A DNA stretch of 64,000 bases from the NCBI RefSeq assembly GCF_963921235.1, contig NC_086100.1, forward strand, positions 74,152,001 to 74,216,000, read 5' to 3'. The translations under genes and the position numbers were made by a program. Under the pieces are notes generated by a model. That model had not been told where the DNA came from. It did not search any database and was given only the letters and a program-made list of their open reading frames with translations. The stretch comes from Mobula hypostoma. Taxonomy: Eukaryota. Positions 10,300 to 21,626 of this stretch are shown piece after piece (within the stretch, counting starts at the first letter, position 1; the number at the start of each line of letters is the position of its first letter).

Positions 10300-10872
10300 G
10301 TAAGTGTTGCTGCTCAGATTAGTATGACCCGTAGAGAAAACAAAGTGGTCTGTTGCTCACAGAGCCTGGATTTTCTTTACTTTAGGATTATTTAACAATT
10401 GAATAAGTTAAATTTGTGTATTAATGATGTGGCTGATTTGTGGTGTCCCTTCTGGCAATGGTCTGGTATTAAATTAGTAATTGCATAGACCTTTGGCTAT
10501 ATAACTGAATTCTGGGAATTTTTTTCAATAATCAATACTCAATTACATTTTAAACTTAAGGTATTGAAGTTTTGGTTGTAATAAGAGCACAAAGTGAAAA
10601 AAAACAGCATTCCTGAATAAATATAGTTAATTATGAATATTCAGAAGGTGTTCCTAGTCAGACTACAGTTCAGAAGTCGTCTCTAGCCGTGGCCCTAAGA
10701 AAAAATTTTTAAATGCCGCAGTAATTTTAGACTTTATTGTGAGAAACTGAGTTTTCAATGTGTTCAGACTTCCACAGTGTATAAAATAATTTGATTTATC
10801 ATTTTATCTCCTATCTTAACTGAGGAATGTATTCCAGTCTTGAAATCTGTAAGACAGAATTAATATTATTAA

Positions 10873-13474
10873 TGTTGTGTATTTAATGTTTCAGTAATAT
10901 TTTAAATGCATTATTTTAAGCAGACTTTGTTAATGTAGTTCATTATGGGATGTATGTGAGAGGCACATAAATGGTATATTGTATGTCTTTACGCCAGCAC
11001 AAAATTATGTGCACGCTTCACTAAAATAAGAACGAAGAACTCACATTTATCCATGGCTCTGGTTTTCGTTCTATTTGTTTTATGTTTTGGAGTTACAGGC
11101 ACCTTAACAGAGGTGACGAGTAAGTTTTAAACTTAGCCTGAGACAACTACCCACCAGTTGAAGGGCAACACAAATTTTTCTTTGCAAGAGCACCAAGACA
11201 TTTGAGTTAAAAAAAAAAAATGTGCAACACGTTATTCATCAGAAGTGCAGCAAGACGTTCAAGTTTAAAAACAAAAGACAGAAAACAGATGAAGTTCACA
11301 GATGGTAGGAACAGGAGGGCCAGCATTGTACAGCTGCAAGCGGCAGAGACAGCAGAAACTTGAATGGAGATACATCCACAATCTGCACGCCACGTGCAAT
11401 AGAGTCAACTGAAAGCAAATTCAGAGAGGTACTGGATGGTACCTCAGCAGTGTCCAATGATGGCATTAAAAACTCAAACATATCAAGGTGATATAGTGGT
11501 AAATATTGAATGCCACACCCAAGTCTTACAAAGCCTATGTTCCTGGTCCCTTGTATCATCTATGATAAAGTAGTCAGTGAGCTGGATCGCATGGAGGCTG
11601 AAGGAATTCTTTCTCAGGTTGAGTGGAGTCTTTGTGCAATACCAGTGGTCCCAGTGGATAAGGAGAATGGGTCTGTCAGGATTTGTGGCGACTGTAAGGT
11701 CACCGTCAATCCAGTATTGAGTGTAGTTCAGACTCCCTGCACAGGATAGAGGATATCTTTGGAAAGCTTTCTGGAGGGAAACACTTCAGCAATATGGACT
11801 TAGCCTTCCTACAGATGGAGATGGAAGAAGAGTCTAAATTTTTTCTCACCATCAACACTCAGAAAGGGCTTATTTTTGGAGTAGCATCTGCCCCTGCAGA
11901 ATCTATGGATCAGGAGCTGCAAGTCTGTCCAGGTACTCAGGGTTACTTGGATGACTGATAAGGATGACAAGGAACATCTCCAAAGCCTCAAGATAGTGTT
12001 GAAAAGATTGGAAGATTATGGTTTCAGAGCACAACGTCACAAGTGTTAATTCTTTAAGCTATTCATCATTTACTGTGGTCCACAATTATCGTACAAAATT
12101 ACCCAAGTGTGCTGAGAAAATTCAAGCAGTGGTGCCTACTCCAGGCCAAAGGACATGTCATTGTTGAGGTCTTTTTTAGAATTTGTCAATTACTATAACA
12201 GATTCCTGCCAAACCTGGCTACTGTGCTCCACCTCTTGAACTCATTACTACAGATCAGAAAGAAATGGCAATGGACAAAGCAGTGAGGTAGCTTTCAAAA
12301 AGACCAAGGAAATGGTGACATCAGACACTGTACTCTCATGTTATAACCCACATCATCCAGAAAAGCCTGCCCTGGCACATCGTATTATAGTATAGCTGTA
12401 GTGATGTCACATGTTATGAATGATGGATGTGAACGCTCCATAGCCCTTGCATCATATTCCCAATAGGTTCTTTCTTGGAGGACACAATTACAAGATCGAA
12501 TTCAAGAGCACAACTAATCATGGAAATGCTGACGGATTGTAGCATTTACCCTGGATAAAGATATACCTGAAAAGTTACAGGACAATCCTCTTGACATATT
12601 CTCCCTATTGCAAATCAACAGTCTCCCTATTACAGCAGAGATGATCCAAAGAGAAACCAGAAAAGACCCCACACTGTCTCAGGTCTCCATGGGCACTCAA
12701 TTGGCTGGAATATGCGGCAGAAACTCTAGTTCCCCCGTTCTAACCAGCACTAGGATGAACTTGCCCTTAACTGCGGTTGCCTGTGTGGGAATTGAGAGGA
12801 TTTGTACCATCCAAGCTGAGAGCTAAAGTGATAGAGGAGCTACATGCTGGTCATCCAGGCATGGTCAAAACAAAAGTGTTGGATCACAGCTTTGTCTGAC
12901 GGCCTGAGGTAGATCAGCAGATCGAGCTGCATGCTAGGTACCGTTTAGGATGCCAACACATCCAAAAGATGACAAGAGAATCTTGGAGAAGAAAGGTATC
13001 CAGACCTGTCAGAACCGTTTCCTGCAGTCCTGCAGTCCTACAGTCAACTCCTACAAGCACCATGGAGGAGGCCCCAGAACCTGAGATTGTTTCACAGCCA
13101 CAACTCTCACCTGCCGAGCAGAGTGACCTCCCTTGTCAGGAAAGTCATTATCCCTCAAGAGTAAGAAATCCTCTTCAGCAATTAAATTGTTAGGCCTGAA
13201 TAGGACAACTTCAAATTTATTATGATGTGATGTCTATATAGTAGTTGTATGATATGGTATTTTGTGATTGTGTGTATGTATTGTCTTATTAAACATTCTT
13301 GGTTTACAAAATTCTCAGTGGCTTATATGTAAGAAGTAAGTGAATGGCATATATCATTAAGCCACCACATCATATGTACATGCCTCACTAAAGTAAGCAC
13401 GAAGCAGACGCATTTATCCCCGCCTCCATTTTTATCTTTATTCTTTTACATTTTGTAGTTACAAAGACATAACA
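10873..13474 (+). mobile_element. Old, internally deleted Gypsy LTR retrotransposon with both LTRs
   Basis: 5' LTR TGTTG...TAACA (10873-11109) then a PBS-like gaggtgacgag. RT remnant [17 protein letters not shown]...[17 protein letters not shown], RNase H and integrase Zn-finger remnants. Diverged 3' LTR ends TAACA at 13474. Flanks attaa/tttaa. Confidence 0.85.
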
Positions 13475-13904
13475 TTTAACGTTAGTCACCTGCAAGAAAC
13501 CCTCAGAATCTTTTGAAAGGTCTTGATCCCATCTCTTCCTAATTCGACACCATGTATCCTCCACTTGATGTTGTATTCATAGAAAAGTCCTGCTTTGTCT
13601 TCAGTAATTCATAAAATAGAAAGTATGACATATTAGCTCAGAAACAATTAATGCAATTCATTTACAATGTTCCAATTACTAAGCAAATGTGACAGTTGAA
13701 AATATGATTGGAAATTATTTACAAGTCTTCATCTTCTAGCTTAATCTGCTTAAAATCAAACAAGCTGCAATAAATTTTTGAATGCCTTGTTTATGAATAA
13801 ATAAATACTATTTGTTAAAAAAGATGATCCTTTTAATGTTGAAACCTTTGAAATCGCACCATCATGTTCTCATTATATATAAATATTTATAAAATATTTT
13901 ATAT

Positions 13905-14690
13905 TGTTACGTACCCCGTAACTGGGTTGCCAAACCAGCAGAAATGGACCACTCGTTGGAGTCTGGATTACTAGGAACTAATAAAGTCTTATTAAAGAAA
14001 TAAGTAACACATAATACACACATCTACACAGAACTAGGGTCATAGGAATCAACCAAGCTCTATCGCAGTCTAGGGGTAAAATGATCAGTCTTACAGTGAT
14101 GCAGAGTTCAGTTCAGCTTAGTACAGTTCGCAGTAATCGCTGTTGTGCCATTGGAGGGGGGGGTGCAATTTGATTCAGGCAGACCTTTGATGTCTTCACA
14201 GTTGGTTTTGGGTGGACCCTTTTATGTCTTCTATCCTGCTGTGGTCACCGACTGTGACCTCTCCGTTCCGGATACAGCCATTCTTCCGCGGTGAACCTGG
14301 CACCCAGGCAAGGGCGGACACGCACACCAGGTTCCCACCGATCGTACCTTTACACCCTGTGAGTCTATGGTCGGTTTCCGCAAACCGGACCGCCAAACTG
14401 CCACCAACTTGTGGGGGCACACCGCTCTTCCAGGGTCTCGTTATCTCGTGATCTCATGGTGTGTCGCGTGCCTAGCGAACCTGCTCTTTTTATCCCCCTG
14501 CTGGGGTATCACTTGTCCATCAAACTTCAAACAGTTCAGGTTCAAAGTAACCGGTCTGTCAATAGCTGAATTGTGTTTCTTTTCCGTTAATCTCTCTCTC
14601 CTCTCTTATTAGCATTTTGAACGTTTCTTCATTGTTTCTCTTACCTCTCTCATTAGCATCAATCGTCTGATAGCTTGGTTTGGCGTCACT
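13905..14690. mobile_element. Solo LTR
   Basis: TGTTACG...CGTCAC(t) termini and a CpG-rich, GC-elevated body inside AT-rich flanks (atat/gtat). Confidence 0.65.
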
Positions 14691-14954
14691 GTATATATAT
14701 ATACACACTTAAAATAGAAACATACAAAACTGAGGTATCATGTAGAATCTCAGCTGTCTCTACTTTTGAACTTCGTTGCATGTTTCTTTTGATTTGGAAT
14801 ACTGACTAGTATTCATATCTTTTCGAAGCTGCGATCAGAGTAGATGAGAATACAAACATTCTTGTTGTGGTTCACAAATACCAGCATTGGATGATTTATA
14901 TCTTACATGCAGAATTTTAATCCAGAGTGAAATTTCCCTTTTTGGTCTTCACAA

Positions 14955-15180
14955 TGGGCAGTGCTGCTCCTTCACAGCTCCAATGTCCCAGGTTCAGTCC
15001 TGATCTCCATTGCTGTCTGCATGGAGTCTGCATGTTGTATGTGCCGGTGTGGGTCTCCTGTAGATGCTTTGGTTTTCTCCAGTGCTGTTTGGTAGACTAA
15101 TTAATTGGATATTTTTATATTACGGCAATATAGTTATATGACACAGAGCCAGACTCTTCAGTCTACCACATCCACACAGA
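14955..15180 (+). mobile_element. Degenerate HE1/V-SINE
   Basis: gctgctccttcacagctcc...caggttcagtcctgatctcc..gctgtctgcatggagt.tgcatgtt...gtgggt.tcct...gctttggttttctcc. Confidence 0.55.
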
Positions 15181-16495
15181 CCATCGAGTACCTATTTCTA
15201 TCAATCATGCTTGGTTCATAGACTCTCTGCATTTGTAACTCAAGTGCACATCTAGATGAATCTGGAATACACTACCTTAGAGAATGATGGAGGCAGATAC
15301 ATTCACAACATTTAAGAAATATCTAGAGCAATGCGCACAAAATGCAAAATTCAAAGTCAAAGTAAATTTAGTATCAAGTACATATATGTCAGCATATACA
15401 GCCCCGAGATTCAATTTTTAGCAGGCATACTCAATAAATCCACAATGGAATACGAACCATAATATTCACGTACACTCCAAGGAAAATAAACCCGGCCTGC
15501 ACAATCTCTCAACCTTCACATTATTGTAGAGACATTGTTACAACTATACTAGGATGGCTTATGTACACCCTCGTGTCACTTTATGGATATATCTATACAT
15601 ACCTATCTACGTATATAAGTTATCTTATGTATTTATAATATGCATTTTTAGTATTATTGCATTCTTTTGTGGCCTTTTTTTGGATCTGCATTAGGTCCAG
15701 GCTAACAATTATTTTGTACTCCTTACAATTGTTTACAGGAAGTGACATTAAACAATCTTGAAACTTGACGAAAGGCAAGAAAATCTGTCCAACCTTCTGT
15801 ACTACTGGTGGGATGCCATCATGTTCCATAGCTTTTATCTCTGCTATCCAGTGCATAAAACTCTCCTTGAGATCACAATGGTGTGAATTGGCTAAAGAAT
15901 TCTATGATGGTCGGGATCTCAGAATCATTTCTGACTGAATATGGTTTCAAATGCTTCAGTGTTACTTATAAGCCTCGTATCTGAGTCCACTAGATTTGTG
16001 AATGGAAAAGTCTCCTCCTGTTATCTGCATGATTATCCACGATTTTCATGAGAAGATTGAAAGTATTATTTACTCGATGTACAAAGTGATTGCAGTAGAA
16101 AGATCCAGCATGTTACCCATAAGGTAGGAGGTGGAGTACAACTTTGTCGGGAGTTACAAGGGAGAGTGCTCTCACTGTCAGCACAGTTCCCAGGCAGCAA
16201 GAGGAGGACTTTACCTGGGCTGGGAATGGCCTTCCTATGTTTGAATTCATTCCCACATATAATTGAATGATTTCACAACTGTTTTGTAAGTTTCATATTG
16301 ATTTATCAATTTTAAAATAAACACTGGATTATTCAGCATTTTAACATTAGTGTCTTGCTTTTAGATGTCCGAATGAGCAATCCTAATGCCTGATGATCTC
16401 CAAGAATTGCCTGGAAACACTCGCATTCCTGCACAAAATTCAGCAACCCCTACTGGAATGCCACAGACCATACTTGTGAATGACAGCTCATTTTG

Positions 16496-17743
16496 TAGTG
16501 GTCACCAACCAGGGATTGTGATCGACCGGTTGATCTTTGAGACTTTCCCAGTAGATCTCGAGAAAAATGAAGAATAAAAACACAAATACATTATGCCTGA
16601 TAAACCTTTTGATGCAAATATATAGTAACTTCTACTTTGAAAAAGGACCACTCAACAACCTCATGCCCAAAAGGAACAACTTCATCTCGCACGGTAAAAT
16701 GATATTCGCATACAGAGGTTTTCACTAATGCGCACCGGGCAGAAAAGACTGGAAGGAAAACCCCGCAACCCCGGAACCAATCTCTCTTTACAAACAGCTT
16801 TACCATGATCCTAATTGATATTAACTTATCTTTATAATGCTCACATTACAACATTTTTCCCCCTTTAAATTCCAACGTTCCCCAAATGTAAAGAAATGGG
16901 AAACAAAAACAGTGGTGTCATTAGCTTGCGTACTCCTGAAACTTATACTAGTGTCTCAGTAACAGTTTACCAATAACAGGAAAGCTGAGAAGCTGAAATC
17001 GGGATTGGAGGCTCAGAGGACGTGGATCGACAAGTGTTAAAGGACTTGTCACTCTGTGAATATTTTTCATGACAGTTCAATGAATCCCTGGATGTAATGC
17101 AAACAGCTCAGTTTGTTGTATTTGTCAGAATGGCTTTCCAGGATTTTACAACAAATGAGGACTTCCTCACTCTTTTGCAATTAAAGAAGAGAACGAGAGG
17201 TGAGGATATTTACAAAGAATTTTTTAAAAATATCTGTGAAAATGACATTCTCATTCATAAACTAATGGCAATTACTACTGATGGGGCCCCAGCAAATCGT
17301 GGTGTGCGCATTGGTTTTATAGCACTGTGCCGTAATGATCCTGATTTTCCCAACTTCCTGGATTATCACTGTGTGATTCATCAGCAAGACTTGGCTGGGA
17401 AGGTCGTGGACTATTCTCATGTGATGACACTGGTGGTCAAACTGATAAACTCGATTTGAGCAAAAGTGCTTCAGCACCGCTTATTCAAGGCATTATTGGA
17501 TGAGCTTGATGGCGCTATGGCCTGTTCGATAGGCTAGTTACAGTGTTTTCATGTGGTTGAATTAATTTGAAAGTTTGATAAAAGCATTTTATGTAATTAA
17601 GATACAATTATCCCAAATAAAAGGCCTCAAATTGGAAGTACAATCTGAGCTGTTTTTTTCTCTAAACGATTTAGTAGGTTGATCTTGTCTTTTAGTAAGG
17701 CCGAGGTAGAGGATATTGGGCTTAAAAATGTTGGTGACCACTA
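16496..17743 (+). mobile_element. Internally deleted hAT DNA transposon (Buster/SPIN/GTF2IRD2-like)
   Basis: TIRs tagtggtcaccaac / gttggtgaccacta. ORF 17097-17459 has AQFVVFVR, RTRGEDI, ITTDGAPA and HCVIHQ motifs. TSD not recognisable. Confidence 0.85.
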
Positions 17744-18003
17744 CTCTATAGCATCTTTGGCAGACCACAAGCATGACCAACTGGTAGCTGACCCATGCAA
17801 TGAATTCCCAAGGCTTAAACTTGCAGGGAAACCAGGACACCTCATAAGCACCTGAGTATAAGTTGGAGATGACATGACCACCCACTCCACAAAGAGAATA
17901 TAAGAAATTGTCTTGATTGTGACAGTGGTCACCCAAACACTGCACTGCTGCCCTGCGAGATCCATTTCTGTGAGCATCACTGCTATATATACTGCCTCCT
18001 TTG

Positions 18004-19448
18004 CAGACATCCCACCCCGCAAAAATTCATTTCAGGGAGGTAGCACCCCCGCCCCCTGCAACCCCATATCCACACCCCCACCCCCACCCCGTCGACCTCC
18101 AAGGGGTTATGTAATACTTTGTTTAGTGATCTTGTCTCATCTGTAAACCAATTTCTGTATATGCAGAAAATGTGACATTAAAATATGTACTTATATTATC
18201 ATGTTTATTCGATTACAACTTTAAGCAAGTCTACAGGGAGTTTGGCCTTCTTCACGTAGGACATCAATAGTGTAGCTCCTTAGCAGCCAGCCAGCTAGTT
18301 TAAATAATGTTAGCTATGCTAATGCACGAATGACACCTGTTAAACTCACCTCAACATGTCTTTTACATTTTAACCCACCATGGGCAATAGAAAAGTCACC
18401 GTTGCAAACAGTGCAGCGAGCAACAACGTCATTATTTTTGAGATCGACTGTAAAGCCCGCCCACAGACAAAACTGATAGGCCTACTTAGCAGGGGTCCCC
18501 AACCTTTTTTGCACCGCAGACCGGTTTAATATTGACGATATACTTGCGGACCGGCCGACCGGGGGCAAGAGTGTTAATCATGACTGGAATATAGGTGATA
18601 AGTCAACTATAAGTCAGTTATAAGTGGCTAATACACTCAATTTCGTTTCTAAAAGGGTTTATATAACAAATTTAATATTAAACACACAGCGCATATTTTC
18701 CTCACATGAATATAGTGATAAGTCAATTATAAGTCAATAGCATCATAACATTTTTAGTAATGTTTGGATATTAAACACACCACATGTTTTCCTCGTATGA
18801 ACATATAAAATCATTGCAACACACCAATATTGCTGAATCAGTGGGAGCCCCAGGCTTGTTTTCCTGCAACAAGACGGTGCCATCGAGGGGTGACGGGAGA
18901 CAGCGATACTCGAAGGGGGTTCCTTATGTCCAGTCTATTCCGCAATTTATTTTTCGTTGCATTTATTGCAGAAAACTCCGCTTCGCAGAGATATGTTGGA
19001 AATGGAAGCAACGTTTCAGTGCTTTCGTGGCTATCTCAGCCTTGACTTTGATCCAGAATGCCGGCAGAGATGTTATGTCAAATATACTTTTTAGCCTGCT
19101 GTCATTTGCAAGCTCAAGAAGTTGATCTTCCTGCGCTGACATGGATGATCTCACATGCATAATGACCTCGCGTGTGTTCTAGTTCAACACTGGGCGTGAC
19201 AGGGAATGAGGAAAGGTGCAGCTGACTCATATTGTTTCATATCGCCAAATCATATCTTTTCTTCGTGGCCCAGTGGTTGTGAACCACTCTTAGCCCGAAG
19301 AGAGACCAATCAGGATGCTCACTCTCCCTCTCCCTCTCCCTCTCAAAAAAATCGATTTTCAGGATATTGTATATAATCTCCAGGCGTCAGGGAGCCACTA
19401 TCAATATGTGGGAGACTCCTGGAACTTCCGGGAGAGGTGGAATGTCTG
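18004..19448. mobile_element. Non-autonomous TIR element (hAT-like MITE) hosting a nested Charlie-like element
   Basis: TIR cagacatcccacc / ggtggaatgtctg. Direct repeat cctttg on both flanks (17998-18003 and 19449-19454). Confidence 0.7.
18490..19288 (-). mobile_element. hAT-Charlie/Buster non-autonomous element with C-terminal transposase remnant
   Basis: caggggtccccaaccttttt terminus. Minus ORF EDQLLELANDSRLKSIFDITSLPAFWIKVKAE..IATKALK (hAT dimerisation region). Right end ggttgtgaaccact. Confidence 0.8.
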
Positions 19449-19471
19449 CCTTTGAATCCATTACATATAAA

Positions 19472-19778
19472 AACATAGGAAATAGGAGCAGGAGTAGACC
19501 ATCTGACCCGTCGAGCCTGCTCCCCATTCAATAAGATCATGGCTGATCTAGCCATGGACTCATCTCCACCTACCTGCCTTTTCCCCTTAACCTTTAATTC
19601 CCCTACTGTGTAAAAATATATCCAACCTTGTCTTAAATATATTACTGAGGTAGCCTCCACTGCTTCATTGGGCAGAGAATTCCACAGATTCACCAATCTC
19701 TGCAAAAAGCAGTTCCTTGTCACCTCCATCCTAACTCAACTCCCCCGAATCTTGAGGCTATGTCCCCTAGTTCTAATC
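19472..19778 (-). mobile_element. CR1 LINE 3' fragment
   Basis: RNCFLQRLVNLWNSLPNEAVEA ORF2 C-terminus plus CR1 3' UTR. Confidence 0.85.
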
Positions 19779-19839
19779 TATTACATGAATTGCTAGACAC
19801 AAACTACAATTGCATCTCAGCTACGTCCATACATGTGAC

Positions 19840-20430
19840 ATTGGATGGAAAGATGTAGAATGCTTGCAGGTAAAGTTCAGAAACTGAAAAGGTAAAAAGA
19901 CCTTGATGGGAGTTATATACAGACTGCCAAATAGTGGCCAGGATATACACTACAAATTAGAACTGAAGATAGAAAAGGCATGTCAAAAAGTCAATGTTAA
20001 GAAAGTAATGGGGGATTTCAACATGCAGGAGATTGAGGAAAATCAGATTGGTGCAGATTTTAGATCCCTAGAGAGAGAATTTGTAGAATCCCTACAAAAC
20101 ACCTTTTTAGAGCAGCTTGTGGTTGAGTCCAGTAAGGGATCAGCTATTCCGGATTGCACACTATGTAATGAACCAGATTTGATTTGGCACCTTCAGGTAA
20201 AGAAACCCTTAGAGGCAGTGTTCATAATATAGAATTTCCCCCTGCAATTTGAGAGGGAACCTAAAGTCAGATATATCATTATTTATAATGGAGTAAAGGG
20301 ATTACAGAGGCATGTGTGAGGAGCTGGCCATAGTTGATTGGAAGGGGACACCAGTAGGGATGACAGCAGAGCAGCAATAGCTGGAGTTTCTGGGAAGAAT
20401 TTAGAAGATGCAGGATATATAAGTCCCATA
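19840..20430 (+). mobile_element. Old CR1 LINE endonuclease fragment
   Basis: MGVIYRLPNS...VMGDFNM...FLEQLV APE endonuclease motifs, disrupted. Confidence 0.8.
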
Positions 20431-20439
20431 ATAGTTTTC

Positions 20440-21626
20440 TAAAGACAGGATAGATAGGCACATATATACAGGAGATTAGTGCGCAAACTTAAAGCACACA
20501 GTATTGGGGGTATGGTATTGATGTGGATTGAGAATTGGTTGGCAGACAGGAAGCAAAGAGTGGGAATAAATGGGACCTTTTCAGAATGGCAGGCCCTGAC
20601 TAGTGGGGTACCGCAAGGCTCAGTGCTGGAACCCCAGTTGTTTACAATATATATTAATGACTTAGATGAGGGAATTAAATGCAGCATCTCCAAGCTTGCG
20701 GATGACACAAAGCTGGGTGGCAGTGTTGGTTGTGAGGAGGATGCTAAGAGGACGCAGGGTGACTTGGATAGGTTAGGTGAGTGGGCAAATTCATGGCAGA
20801 TGCAATTTAATGTGGATAAATGTGAGGTTATCCACTTTGGTGGCAAAACAGGAAAACAGATTATTATCTGAATGGTGGCCAATTAGGAAAAGGGGAGGTG
20901 AAACGAGACCTGGGTGTCATTGTACACCAGTCATTGAAAGTGGGCACGCAAGTACAGCAGGCAGTGAAAAAGGCGAATGGTATGCTGGCATTCATAGCAA
21001 GAGGATTCGAGTACAGGAGCAGAGAGGTACTACTGCAGTTGTACAAGGCCTTGGTGAGACCACACCTGGAGTATTGTGTGCAGTTTTGGTCCCCTAATCT
21101 GAGGAAAGACATTCATGCCATAGAGGGAGTACAAAGAAGGTTCACCAGATTGATTCCTGGGATGGCAGGACTTTCATATGATGAAAGACTGGATCGTCTA
21201 GGCTTATACTCGCTGAAATTTAGAAGATTGAGGGGGGGGATCTTATTGAAATGTATAAAATTCTAAAGGGATTGGACAGGCTAAATGCAGGAAGATTGTT
21301 CCCGATGTTGGGAAAGTCCAGAATGAGGCGTCACAGTTTAAGGATAAAGGGGAAGCCTTTTAGGACCGAGATGAGGAAAAACTTCTTCACACAGAGAGTG
21401 GTGAATCTGTGGAATTCTCTGCCACAGGCAACAGTTGAGGCCAGTTCATTGGCTATATTTAAGAGAGAGTTAGATATGAACCTTGTAGCTAAAGGGATCG
21501 GGGGTATGGAGAGAAGACAGGTACAGTGTTCTGAGTTGAATGATCAGCCATGATCATACTGAATGGTGGTGCAGGCTCGAAGGGCCAAATGGCCTACTCC
21601 TGAACCTATTTTCAATGTTTCTATGT
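20440..21626 (+). mobile_element. 5'-truncated CR1 LINE (RT to 3' UTR)
   Basis: SGVPQGSVL, KLADDTKL, LVRPHLEYCVQFWSP, FFTQRVVNLWNSLP. Frameshifted, with a short microsatellite-type tail. Confidence 0.95.

Noticed and set aside
16365-16495. Candidate cytoplasmic exon after ttgcttttag
   Set aside because: All three phases hit a stop within about 10 codons, and direct splicing from the TM exon creates TGA at the junction. The listed ORF runs into the hAT TIR.
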